Assembly (NCBI RefSeq): GCF_028641065.1
Contig: NC_073415.1
Location: 8,990,001-9,054,000, forward strand
Reading direction: 5' to 3'
From: Leucoraja erinacea
Taxonomy: Eukaryota
DNA: 64,000 bases
Shown one piece after another: positions 51,462 through 64,000 of this stretch. Numbering within the stretch: position 1 is the first letter of the stretch; each line of letters starts with the position of its first letter. The notes below the pieces were generated by a model, which had not been told where the DNA came from, searched no databases, and worked only from the letters and a program-made list of their open reading frames with translations. The translations under genes and the position numbers were made by a program.

Positions 51462-53052
51462 CAGAGGTTACCTGAAGTTAGATAAATCAATATTCATGCC
51501 ACTGGGATATAAGCTGCCCAAGCGAAATATGAGATACTGTTCCTCCAATTTGTGTTTAGCCTCACTCTGACAATGGAGGAGGCCTAGGACAGAAAGGTCA
51601 GTGTTTATTGTTATGTGTACCGTAATTGAACACTGAAATTCTTACTTGCATCAGCAGCATAACAGGTTTGTAAACACAGTACTGAGTAGATGGACATGTT
51701 GGGCTGATGGGCCCATTCCTGTGCTCTATGAGTCTATGTTGCTGAAGTTGTTAGAATATTGAAAGGAAATTGTGACAATCTAGTTGTTGTAATCCGTTGG
51801 AAAAAGGCCAGGAAAAACAGGAAAGGTTCTGTTTGTCAACCCAAGTGGAGCTAAATTAAAAAGCAAGACCTAATTCCCTAATTAATAAGTCATATGTAGG
51901 AAGGAAAACTAGCATTGAAAGTGGCTCCACCCAAACTGAGCGGGGATAAGGAAATAGGATGGTCTCAAGAAGATTAAAGTTGTCAATGGGTTGTGTGGTG
52001 AGGTCGAGAAAAAGGCAGCATTTATGATAGTTTTAAATACAATGAGAAGATAAATAGTTAATGGAACTACTTTAAGCAGCAGGAGAAAGTGTGAGAGGTG
52101 AAGGTAGAAAGTCAAGCGTTATCCTTTTGTTTTCACTTAAATTTTTATTGATTTTTTACAGAGATATATACAAAACAGTCCAACACTATCACCATAAATA
52201 ATACAAAATAGGAAAAACAACAATCAAAATAAAAACATAAATAGATAGGAAAAAAAAGAAGGAAATAGATTTTTTTAAAATGGAATTGGAAAAACCCTGT
52301 TGTTCACTTACCAAATTAAAAAAAAACATTACATTGATTAGTTATCTGGAGATATTTCAATATTCACACAAACATACCATCTAATTCTATATAACAGAAA
52401 GTGAAGCGTTATCCAAGCAAAATATATCATACATGGGTACAATGGGTAGGACAGGTTTGGAGGGATACGGGCCAAACATGGGCAGATGGGACTAGTGTAG
52501 CTGGGACATGTTGGCAAGTTGGGCCGAAGATCCTGTTTCCACACTATCACTCTACCACTCTATGACTCTAATGGGGAATGCAGAAGAAAAAAAATAAACG
52601 GTGTAGAAAATACTGTCACAGGTACAGAGAATGTACAAATAATACAAAAGGTGAGACTGCGATGAAATAGCATGCTAGATTGCCCCTAGCATATGAGAGG
52701 TATGTTTAAGGGTCTGATTACAGCAGGGAAGAAGCTGTTTTTGAATCTGGTGGCATGTGCATTCAAGCTTTTCTACCTTCTGCCCGACAAAAGAGGTGAT
52801 AAGAAAGAATAGCCAGTGTAAGTGGACTTAGATTACATATAGGAAGGAACTGTAGATGCTGGTTTACACTGAAGATGGACATAAAATGCCGGAGTAACTC
52901 AGCGGGACCGGCAGCAACTCTGGAGGAAAGGAATAGGTGATCACCTATTTATTTTACGCAGAGATGCTGCCTGTCCCACTGGTCTTAGATTATATTGGCT
53001 GCTTTCCCAAGGCAGTGTGTTCATAAGTGGAGTAGTTGGTGGATGGGTGGGG

Positions 53053-53090
<38 letters not shown>

Positions 53091-54661
53091 GGCACAGAGC
53101 TGTATTCACATTTCGGCAGTTTCTTGCAAACTTGAGCAGAGCAGATGCCATGCATCTGATTAGGATACTTTGTGCGCTACGTCTATAGAAATTAGTAAGA
53201 GTCATTGGAGATGTGCCAAAATTCCTTGGCCTTCTCAGGAAGTAGAGGCGTCTGTGTGCTTTGTTGGCTGTTGCATCAATGATGTGGTGAGACCAGGACA
53301 AGTGGTTGGTGATATTTACCTCAAGAAACCGATCGCTCTTGGCCACCTCCTCCTCAGCATTGATGGCACGGACTGGGATGTGTGCTCCACCCCATTCCCT
53401 GAAGTCAATAACCAGCTTCCTTGCTTTACTGACATTGAGGAAGAGGTTGTTGGCATCCTCTTGTTCCTAGAGTCGTTTGCAACCTGGCCCACTGTGGTGT
53501 CAGAGCAGAATGTGGCCACACAGTCACGAGTGCAAAGGGAGTATAGAAAGCGGCTGAGACCACAACCTTGTGGGACACCAGTTTCGAGCATGTTGTGTAG
53601 GAAAATCTCTGGAGAAAACCCCAGAGATAGGATTTACTCACTCTTGATGTGAATTTATAAGGAGAATCTGCAAGGTTTTGTAGCAACTGACCCCAAGATC
53701 CCTCCGAGAGTCTGGGGAAGGGTCTTTACGAGAGGTGGTGGTCCCAAGGTTGGAATCAAGCATTTAATTGCAGAGGAGGTTGCTGAGATATAGGTCCAGA
53801 AGATTGGTTGTTGGAGCTATGGTCAATAAATGGGGGGGGGGGGGAGATTTAGGTGCCGTCCGTCAGTATTCAGACGTTTCAGGGATGAAGGTAAGGGCCA
53901 GGGGGATGCTATCTGTTGCAACTGCAGGTGAATTGCAGTGGATTGAGACTGGAGTTAATGTGTGTGCATGAGCAGCCTCACAAAGAACTTCACGATGGTG
54001 GACATCAGAGCCGCAATGTGTTAGCTATTAGTCTGGCTTGCACTGGCTAAGACACAAAATGTCGGAGTAACTCAGCGGGACTGGCAGCATCTCCAGAGAG
54101 AAGGAATAGGAGGTGATGTTTCAGGTCGAGACCCTTCTTCTTCAGAAGAAGAAGGGTCTTGACTTGAAAAGTCACCCATTCGTCCGCGTTGGTTTTCTCC
54201 AAGATCTTCGGTTTCCTCCCACACTCCAAAGATGTACAGGTTTGTAGATTAATCGGCTTGGTATAAATGTAGATTATCGCTAGTGTATGTAGATAGTGTT
54301 AATGTGCGGGGATCGCTGGTCGGTGCTGAATCGGTGGACCGAAGGGCCTGTTTCCCTGCTGTATCTCTAAACTAAAGTAAACTAAACTATAACCAGTATA
54401 CAGTTTTTCTTTTGGAAACGTTTATTTTATGTAGAACAGTACATACAAATGATACATTTCTCTGTTTACTTTGTACAATCCGTTCAAAGATCCACAAATG
54501 ACTCAACTGCTATTGATTCAATAAACTAAACCAGAGAACAGACAGCGAGTAACACAAGGGCTCAAATTTAATCTTGTTAATGTTATAAACGCCAGCTATT
54601 CATCAACACTCATGCAAGCGATTGTAAAGCCTCACATCCTGACTTTATTAATGAGTTTTAA

Positions 54662-54857
54662 GGGCCTGTCCCATTGGCGATTTTTTCGGCGTCTGCCGGC
54701 ATCATTGACTGACGTATCAGGTCAGCGAAAAATTCACGGCGTGACGCGGCGGTGATGCACGGTGTTTTTTCAAGTGTCGCAACTTTTTTTTGTCACCGAT
54801 ATGACGCTGATATGATGCCGGCAGTCGCCGAAAAAAATCGCCAAGTGGAACAGGCCC
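54662..54857. mobile_element. MITE / non-autonomous DNA transposon with long TIRs, flanked by TTAA on both sides
   Basis: ttaa-GGGCCTGTCCCATTGGCGATTTTTTCGGCG...CGCCGAAAAAAATCGCCAAGTGGAACAGGCCC-ttaa. Confidence 0.85.
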
Positions 54858-57127
54858 TTAAGAATATCACTGTTCTGTTTCGGTCACAGGACACAGAATA
54901 ATTTTAAAGAAACATATTAAAGGAGGAAGGAGATAGATTAAAGGAAGATTACGGTTTGAAATGTCAAAGGCAAGGAAGTAATACGTTAAAATAAAGGAAG
55001 GTCAAAGAGCCACAGAGAGAAGAGCCGAGGGCATTCTTGTGGTTCGTGGGGAAATTTACCGAGTTAGGAAACAAGTCATCCAGAAAACTGATTGTAAATT
55101 GTTGCACTGCTTCTCCTGAACACTTGCTGGTAGCCCTCATCAAAACTCTTTGTTTACTTTGTTTACTGTACCGAGGTACAGTGAAAAGCTTTTGTTGTGT
55201 GCTATCCAGTCAGTGGAAATACAATACGTGATTACAATCGAGCCATTTACAGTGTATAGATACATGATAAGAGAACAATGTTTAGTGCAAGGTAAAGCCA
55301 GTAAAGTCCAATCAAAGATAGTCCAAGGGTCACAAATTAGGTAGATAGTAGTTCAGCACTGCTCATTTGTGACCCTCGGACTATCTTTGATTGGACTTTA
55401 CTGGCTTTGCCTTGCACTAAACGTTATTCTCTTACCATGTATCTGTACACTGTAAATGGCTCGATCGTAATCATGTATTGTATTTCCGCTGATGGTCAGC
55501 ACACAACAAAAGCTTTTCACTGTACCTCGGTACATGTGACAATAACTAAAGCAAAGATAGACACAAAATGCTGGAGTAACTCAGCGGGACAGGCAGCGTC
55601 TCTGGAGGGAAGGAATGGGTGACGTTTCAGGTCGAGACCCTTCTTCATGTCACTTGTTTGGCCAATGCCCTGGAAGGGTCACTTTATGCCTCTGTTAGAG
55701 GCAAAGATTACCAGATAGACAGGGAAACAGATTCTAAACCTCCTTGATGCAACGTCCCAACTGACTGCATGGATTCTATGGCCCATGACTTAAGAAGACA
55801 GGCAGAACCTTTTTCCCAGGGTGGAAATATCCAACGCTAGAGGGTGTAGCTATAAAGTGAGAGGAGGGAAGCCTAATGGAGATGTGCGGGGCACATTTTT
55901 TACACAAAGAGTGGTGGGGGCCTGGAACGTATTGTGGTGGTGAAAGCAGATATGACAGTGGCGATTAAGAGGCTATTAGATAGACACATGGAAGAGGAAG
56001 GAATGCAGGGATATGGACCATGTACAAGCAGATGAGATCAGTTTAACTGGGCATCATGTTTGGCACAAATATTGTGGACTAAAGAGCCTGCTCCTGTGCT
56101 GCACTGTCCTAAGTTCTAAGATACATTTTGGAAAGCGTTGAAACGCCAAGGTCATGATTCATCAATACCGATGACGTATGAAAGCACAGGATGTGTGGAA
56201 ATTTGTTCTAATAAAAACAATTGTCTAGCTCTGCCTTAAAAATATCCACTGACTTGGCCGCCACAGACCTCTGTGGCAATGTGTTCCAAAGATGCACCAC
56301 CCTCTGACTGAAGAAGTTTCTCCTCACCTCCTTTCTAAAAGAACACCCTTTAATTCGGAGGCTATGACCTCTGGTTCAAGGCTCTCCCACCAGTGGAAAC
56401 ATCCTTTCCACATCCACTCTATCTATACCTTTCATTATTCTGTAAGTTTCAATGAGACTCATCTACAATGGTAGGAAACAATTCTCCATCCCCCAACCCT
56501 CACCCCAAGTGAGTGTCTATGAAGAAGGCAGTCTTCAAAGTAGAATACAGTTTTGAAAAATACTTCTAGGGAATGTTAACAACACTTTCCCATTCCAGTT
56601 ATTAGAGAGCTCCTTAAATATTACATTCCAGAATTAAATCCCACAGCTGCATCTTGTACAAACTTGTGCAATAACAAAACAGATGAAACAATTATTTATG
56701 TTGGAAGGAACTGTAGATGCTGGTCTACTCCAAAGACAGACACAAAATACTGGAGTAACTCAGTGGGACAGGCAGCATCTTTGGAAGGAAGGAATGGGTG
56801 ACACTTCTGAAGAAGGGTCTCGACCCGAAACGTCACCAGAGATGCTGCTGATCCCTCTAAACAATGATTTATTCTAACCATTTCGCAACATACAGCAATA
56901 ATGATTGAGGAGAGGCAGCCAAGATATCAGTTTTAAGACATCTTTATAATTTATCTCGTTGGCTTTTAAAGCAGACAGATGGAAGAATAATTGTGCAAAT
57001 TCCCATCAAAATCATGTCTGGAGAGATCGGCAAGTGATAATTTCCAATAAACACAAACTGCTTCCCTATTTTGTTCTTGGTAGTTTATATTTCATATTCC
57101 TTTAAGAGTGATAATTGTCTGGTTTTA

Positions 57128-57291
57128 CTATCCGCTGAGCACCTGTGGATTGTTGTGAGGCTTTGCATTCCGTAGTTTGTATTCTTGTGATTTCTGAGCC
57201 TTTTGGTACAAGTAATAAATAACAGCCCCACTTGCAAAGGTTGCTGTGGCCAGTGCCATTACACTTACTCCTATGATGATCGCCGATTTAT
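57128..57291 (-). CDS. Gene C last exon: TM + ICAM-1-like tail
   Basis: ctacag| acceptor, phase 1; DKSAIIIGVSVMALATATFASGAVIYYLYQKAQKSQEYKLRNAKPHNNPQVLSG, TAG at 57128-57130 (not in the supplied ORF track). Confidence 0.85.
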
Positions 57292-58308
57292 CTGTAGAGA
57301 TAATCAGAACAAAATGATTTGTAAAGCTAACTGTATAGTCTAAACTATTTCAACAATAATTGATTTGAAGAGAAATGTTAATATTATGTAAGGCAGATTT
57401 TTGTTCTTTGCAGTTTAGTTTAGAGATACAGCATGGAAATGGCCCCCCTGAGTCAGTGCCGACCAGCAATCCCCGCACACTAACACTATCCTACACACGA
57501 GTGATATTTTACAATTCTTACCAATACCAATTAACCTAGAAGCGTGCGTGTGTGCGTTTGGAGTGTGGGAGGAAACCGAAGCACCTAGAGAAAACCCATG
57601 TGGTCACCAGGAGAACGTGTACAGACAGCACCCATAATGAGGATCGAACCCAGGTCTCTGGTGCTGTAAGACAGCAACTCTACCACTGCGCCACCGTGCT
57701 GCTTAACTATCACATCAGTTTCTGTTTACACACCGGCATCTTGCGCGTGTGAGCTCTGGCATCCCTGCCGGCCAGAAACGTTACGGGTATGTGCGTGCAC
57801 GGTAGTTTGGGAACACTGTTCAATCACGGGACTTGTGCGGGACTCGGCTAGGACACGGTTTGTTAGACTGCAGCCAGTTTACGTAGGTTAGGGTGATGTA
57901 CCCTGTTTGATGTTAGTTAGTAAATCAATGTTTCATTACTTCACACAACCACTGTTGTGGTTATTGTTCTGGGCAATACATAATAGATAGGAATAATAAG
58001 GAAGGATACAAGCCTTCTAACTGGGGTTGGTGGGCTGGGGCATCTTTGTCGGCGTGGACAAGATGGGCCAAAGGGCTTGTTTCTGTGCTGCATGACTATA
58101 CGCTGGCATTGTAGTGCACAGTATTGTAGACCTGTCACACACAAGTGGGTGAAAATATATAGTTGGACAAAATGGTCCGATTGGTGACGGGAGGGACAGT
58201 GAAGCATGTTAGAAGCCAGGAACTGTGAGTGGTGTGGGGGCACTTCTGATCTTTCACTCACTCTTGTTGAACTGGTGTTTAGGGTGATTTGCTTTTTACA
58301 GACTTTTA

Positions 58309-58400
58309 GTTTGTTGTGATGAAGGTAAGTATTTTAATTAACAGACATCGTTTTCAAACTGACCTTTCACTTTGATCTCCACTTTGTTCTCATCAGCTTC
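58309..58400 (-). repeat. Local duplicate of the 3' end, donor and adjacent intron of the gene C I-set exon
   Basis: Close match to ~58950-59039 (ADENKVEIKVKG|gtcagt). Confidence 0.85.
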
Positions 58401-59003
58401 ACTGCCTGCATCCCGGGAATGAGTGGGACTATGAGTGTTTGACGGCACAGGGCCCGTACTCGCTGGAGTGTAGAAAGATGAGGGGGGACCTAATTGAAAC
58501 TTACCAAATAGTGAAAGGCCTGGACAGAGAGGATGTGGAGATGATGTTTCCACTAGTGGGAGAGTCTAGGATCAGAGGGCACAGCCTCAGAATTAAAGGA
58601 TGCTCCTTTAGAAAGGAGATGGGGAGGAATTTCTTTAGTCAGATGGTGGTGAATCGGGGGAATTAATTGCCACAGAGGTCTGTGGAGACCAAGTCAATGG
58701 ATATTTTTAAGGCAAAGCTTTTTGATTAGCACATGTGTCAGAGGTTATGGGGAGAAGGCAGGGAATGGGGTTAGGAGGGAGAGATAGATCAGCCATGATT
58801 GAATGGCGGAGTAGATTTGATGGGCCGAATGGCCTAATTCTGCTTCGATCACTTATGATCTTATGACCGTTGCAGGGTCCCCTCGACAGAAACAAACAAA
58901 AAGAAACTAGGAACTGGTGTTTCGGCTGATTTCTTTTGGCATCGGTTTACTTTGTTGTGATGAAGGTAAGTATTTTAATCAAGAGACATGTTTTCAAACT
59001 GAC

Positions 59004-59282
59004 CTTTCACTTTGATCTCCACTTTGTTCTCATCAGCTCCATATTTATTACTAGCTGTACATTTGTATATTCCATTATTTTCCATCGTGGCTTCAGAAAT
59101 ATAGAGGACTGCGGAAGAATTGATTGCAATGTTGGTACTTTCAGGGTATTCCCATTTTAATGTTGGCTCTGGGTTCCCCAGTGTGTCACAGACTAAGGTG
59201 ATGCTGTCCCCATTAGCCACATGCACTGGAGACTCTGTGGAGCTTTGGTTATTTACTGATATCATTGTGCTTCGAGGTTCAC
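59004..59282 (-). CDS. Gene C Ig exon (I-set/C2 type, VCAM D3-like)
   Basis: ttcacag| acceptor, |gtcagt donor, 279 bp; EPRSTMISVN...ITLVCDTLGNPEPTLKW...NGIYKCTASNKYG. Confidence 0.88.
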
Positions 59283-59784
59283 CTGTGAAAAGAAAGAAAA
59301 TGCATTAAAGTTAAGCAAATTAAGCACGGTGACGCGGGGGTAGAGCTGCTGCCCCACAGCGCCAGAGACCCGGGTTTGATCCCGACTATGGGTGCTATCT
59401 GTACTGAGTTTGTATGTTCTCCCCATGACCTGCGTGGGTTTTCTTCTCTGTCCTGATGCCAGTTTGTATTTATCATCTTTACATTGTACAGATTATTAAT
59501 TGCTACTGGGGTAAACATTATAGTAGCATCCAAGACTTTTGTCATACGTTCCATCACTACTCTGGTATAATAAAGAAAATTAACCAACTAACATTCATTC
59601 AAAATGTTTAAGAAGGAACTGCAGATGTTGGAACAATGGAAGGTAGACAAAAATGCTGGAGAAGCTCAGCGGGTGAGGCAGCATCTATGGAGCGAAGGAA
59701 TAGGTGACGATTCGGGTCGAGACCTCACCCGCTGAGTTTCTCCAGCATTTTTGTCTACCTAACATTTATTCAAAGGTAACTTAC

Positions 59785-60099
59785 GGTAGGTTTGCAAGGT
59801 CACGGAGGAGTTTGTGATTTGCAAAGTGGTGTTGGAGCCTAGGTCTACTTCCGCCACGCAGGTGTAAACCTGTCCATCGTCCGTAGTCCTTGCAGTAAAT
59901 TGTAAGACATTCCTTAATCGTTTATCCTCATGCGAGATACCATTTTCTTCTGTAGAATTGGTCTCGATGATCTTGTTTCCTCTTTGCCATTTGAGAATTA
60001 GCTTATTGATAGGATTGACCCTGGGGCCAGTGCATTCCAGGCTATATGTTGTATTAATTTCCAACACTTCAGGAGGGGAAGTAATGTTCAACTCTCGAT
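59785..60099 (-). CDS. Gene C Ig exon D2-type
   Basis: caacag| acceptor, |gtaagt donor, 315 bp; clearly homologous to D2 of A/B (CTGPRV...DGQVYTC...SSVTLQTY). Confidence 0.9.
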
Positions 60100-61088
60100 C
60101 TGTTGAAATATAATCACAATGGACGGTAATCATCGAGGCATTACGATGTGTTAAAGGACTGTTGACAGTAATCATCGAACCAGTCTGTATTTGAACATGT
60201 TTCCCTGAAGATTCAAAATATAGCCAACGTGCAAACAGTCTGTGAGTGAAACTGAAACCCATTGTCAAATATGCCCTCTTAAATTTCTATTCCAGTTTAT
60301 AGGTTTAAGGTGAGGGGAGGATAGATTTAATAGGAAGCCAAGGGTAACCAGTGAGCAGTGCTGAACTACGATCTACAACATTGATGATCCTCAGACTATC
60401 ATTGATCAGACTTTGCTGGCTTTACCTGCATTAAATGTTATTCTATTTTCATATATCTGTCCACTGTAAAAGGCTCGATTGTAATCATGTATTGTCTTTC
60501 CGCTGGCTGCTTTCCCTGTAGCTCGGTATACGTGACAATGAACTAAACTGAACTGAACTAGAGGTGTATTTTTTTCCACGCACAGTATTATACATTATTT
60601 AGTAAGACCAAAGTTAGAATGGTTGAGGTATCTATTAGATGAAATATTAACAATATTATAGAACATTACATCAGCCCACAATGTTTGTGCCGAACATGAT
60701 GCCAAATTTAAACTGATCTCATCTGCCTGTACATGATCCATATCCCTCTATTCCCTGCACTTTCTTATGCCTATCCAAAAGCCTCCTAAATGCTTTTTAT
60801 CACATCTGCCTCCATCACCACCCTTGCAAGGCTTTCTGGGCCCCCAGCACTCTCTGTGTAAAATGAAACTTGCCCCACACATCTCTATTAAACTTCCCAC
60901 CTCTCACCTTATAGCTACGCCCTCTAGTGTAAGACATTTCTTCCCAGGGAGAAAGGTTCTGACTATATGCCCTCTCATAATTGTGTATACTTCTATCGTC
61001 ACCCCTCAACCTCCTACATCCGAAAGAAAACAATCCAAGTCTATCCAACCTCTCCCTATAGCTAAAAACCTCTAATCATGGCAGCATT

Positions 61089-61492
61089 CTGCTAAACCTA
61101 CTCCAAAGAGCAGCACGGTTGCATAGCGGTAGAGTTGCTAACTTACAGCACTAGAGCCCCGGGTCCTGGGTTCGATCCTGACTACGGGTGCTGTCTGTAC
61201 AGAGTTTGTACGTTCTTCCCGTGACTGCGTGGGTTTTCTCCGAGATCTTCGATTGCCTCCCACACTCCAAATGTGTACAGATATGCGGGTTAATTGGCTC
61301 CGTACGAATGTGAATTGTCCCTAGTGTGTGGAATAGTGTTAATGTGCGGTGATCACTAGTCGATGTGGATGGCTTAGTATAAATGTAAATTGTCGTTAGT
61401 GTGTGTAGATAGAGACATCACTGGCTGGTGCTGACCCAGTGGGCCAAAGTGCCTGATTCTGTGCTGTATCTCGAAACTAAACTAAACTAAAC
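61089..61492 (+). mobile_element. V-SINE (HE1-like) with internal duplication
   Basis: Same motifs; the aaattgtc-tagtgtgt segment occurs twice. Confidence 0.75.
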
Positions 61493-63060
61493 AAAGCCTC
61501 TGCATCTTTCTGTAAAGGGGCCACCAGAACTGCATGCAATACTCCAAATAAACACTCCAAGAATCTAAATATTATGGAATTATAATGATCACAATTTATA
61601 ATCAGGAAATAAATAAAAATTTAGAATGGTTGCGGTATCGTTTACATGACAAAATATGAACTATATTATGAAATAATAATGGTCAGGATATTGTAATCAG
61701 GGAAGGAATTATGTGAGGGATGAAAGAACAGAAGGGTGAGGAGGCAGCTGATTTAACTTTCAACAATCTTTGTTTAAAAGAACTCTAACAGCAAATATGT
61801 GTCCTCTGGCACCCCATTTCCTCTGGATAAATAAACTAAACACTTTATGTCATCTGAGCTGTAGATAAGAGAAAACGAGATCCTGTGTCAGTATTTTTAG
61901 ACACAATCGACTCCATTAACATGGGGCTGCTGAAACAGGCTTATCTGAAATTGTTGTCTAAATACATTATACCACAACCAGTGTGATGAAGCAGGAGAGG
62001 TCACTGCCACATCACTTAAGAATTGTTCACGGCCACTAGTTTAACATCCTCTGTTTTTTATTGGACTGAGGAGATCGGAGCTTTTTTCGGTAGCTAAAAT
62101 ATGTTTGGTGGCTAATACATGTTCCCGATGTTCGGGGAGTCCAGAACCAGGGACCACAGTTTAAGAATAAGGGGTAAGCCATTTAGAAAGGAGATGAGGA
62201 AACACTTTTTCAAACAGAGAGTGGTGAAACTGTGGAATTCTCTGCCTCAGAGGGCGGTGGAGGCAGGTTCTCTGGATACTTTCAAGATAGGACTCTTAAA
62301 AATAGCGGAGTCAGGGGACATGGGGCGAAGGCAGGAACAGGGTACTGATTGGTATAAATGCAAATTGTCCCCAGTGTGTGTAGGATAATGTTAGTGTGAT
62401 GGGATCGCTGGTCAGTGCGGACTTGGTGGACTGAAGGGCTTGTTTCTGAGCTGTATCTCTAAACTAAACTAAAGTCTATTCAGCCATTCAGTCTGATCTA
62501 TTTTTCCCACTCAATCTCATCCTCTTGCCTTCTCTCCCTATGAGTTTTGACGCCCTTAATAATCAGGAACCTGTCAACCTCTGCTTTAAAAATACCCAAT
62601 GACTTGGCCTCCACCGCCATCAGTGGCAGTGAATTCCACCATTGCACCTCCCCGGCTGAAAAAAATCCTCCTCATCTCCATTCTGAAGATACGTCCTTTT
62701 ATTCTGAGACTGTGCTCTTGTGTTCTACAGCCTCCCATTACTGGAAACTGTGAGAGACATTGGCACATTGCTCAGCTGTGTCAATTCCACCTTTGTGTAA
62801 ATGAATGAATGAATGATTAAGTTTATTGGCCAGGTATTCACATACAAGGAATTTGCCTTGGTACTCCGCCCGCAAGTGACAACATGACATACAGTGACAG
62901 TTAGGAATAACACTAAACATTAAACGTTAATAATAAATCATTATTGATTAAACATGTGAATTAAATATAATGTCAGAGCAAAAGGATGCTACAGATTTTT
63001 GATTATTGAGTAAGAACTATTACTTGTGGAAAAAAGCTGAAGAGAAATTCTTGTACTTAC

Positions 63061-63309
63061 TGTAGACAGGAATTATTGTATTCTGGGCATCACTTTCCCC
63101 AGATGAGCATATCGCAGTGCAATACATTTGAAGAGACCACATCAGAATTGTTGAGTAAGAATGTGCCACCCATTGAGGTTGTTTTGTTACATTATATCCT
63201 TTCGTTCCTTCAATGAATATCCTTGTTGCTACACAAGATGAACTGCAGTTCACTATCAAAGGATGTCCAAATTCCACAGCTGACGGTTCTGCTTTGATCA
63301 ATACTGTAT
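63061..63309 (-). CDS. Gene C ICAM-type D1 exon (upstream exon(s) outside the window)
   Basis: ctgcag| acceptor, |gtaagt donor, 249 bp; VEFGHPLIVNCSSSC...IFIE...MYCTAIC...IPVY. Confidence 0.88.
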
Positions 63310-64000
63310 CTGCAGCCACAATTTTGGACAAGAGAAGAAATCACGTTAAAAATAGTACAGATAATAGATAATGAAAATCCAAGGGCAGCACGGTGGCGCA
63401 GCGGTAGAGTTGCTGCCTCACAGCGCCAGAGACCCGGGTACGATCCTGACTATGGGTGTTGTCTGTACGGTGTTTGTACGTTCTCCCTGTGACCTGCATG
63501 GGCTTTCTCCAGGGTCTCCGCTTTCCTCCCGCACTCCAAAGACGTACAGATTTGTCGATTCATTGGCTTGGTATAATGGTGTGGGGGCGACAGATCACAC
63601 TTCGGGTCGGGACTTTTCTAATGAAGCATGAGGTCGTTCTTTTTCAGCTTCCTTTCTCCCCCCCCCCCCCTCCTCTCATCCTTCTCAGTCAGTCTGAAAT
63701 GTCCCGACCCGAAACGTTGCCCCACCATTTCCCTCCATAGACGCAGCCTGACCCGCCGAGTTCCTCCAGCACCTTGTGTTTTATATTAGAACAGCCACCC
63801 CGTCCCTGTAACTATTTCACCTTTCATTGTACCTTAATGTGAATCAGGACGTGGAAGCTTTTCATTGTATCTCGACAATAAACCTTTGATAATAAACTAA
63901 ACTCTCAGACTGAAACATTGAAAAGAGGTGTAGTAATAGGCCCTTCGGCCCTTCGAGCTAGCACCGCCATTCAATGTGAAGAATGGTCTTGACCCGAAAA

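Noticed and set aside
63383-63460. tRNA-like sequence with A/B boxes (many similar copies)
   Set aside because: SINE heads continuing into the V-SINE core; no complete cloverleaf

Overview
Repeat-rich vertebrate DNA, most likely from a cartilaginous fish (skate or ray; inferred from the V-SINE/HE1-type SINE, CR1, Rex1/Babar and Penelope-associated repeats). It carries a minus-strand tandem cluster of ICAM/VCAM-family immunoglobulin-superfamily adhesion genes, whose coding exons all join in phase 1. Gene B (36946->25021) is intact: signal peptide, four Ig domains, TM and tail, 504 aa. Its proximal promoter has an ICAM-1-like GAS palindrome and a kB site. Gene A (12966->34) is a recent segmental duplicate of B that has been remodelled: the GAS/kB promoter block is deleted, the D3 exon is deleted (in-frame skipping is possible), the tail is 12 aa shorter and D1 is strongly diverged. 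Intron 1 of A contains a ~3.2 kb element with Helitron termini (A|TC...hairpin-CTAG|T). This element carries six tandem Ser/Thr-rich mucin-type exon cassettes on the host gene's strand (five of 183 bp, phase 1-1; one of 182 bp), so it is a candidate for transposon-mediated exon shuffling that would give a mucin-Ig chimera. Gene C (63309->57128, 5' end outside the window) is a divergent paralog with VCAM-like domain order and an ICAM-1-like tail. There is one assembly gap (12345-12586). All calls were made by eye; splicing and expression are untested.
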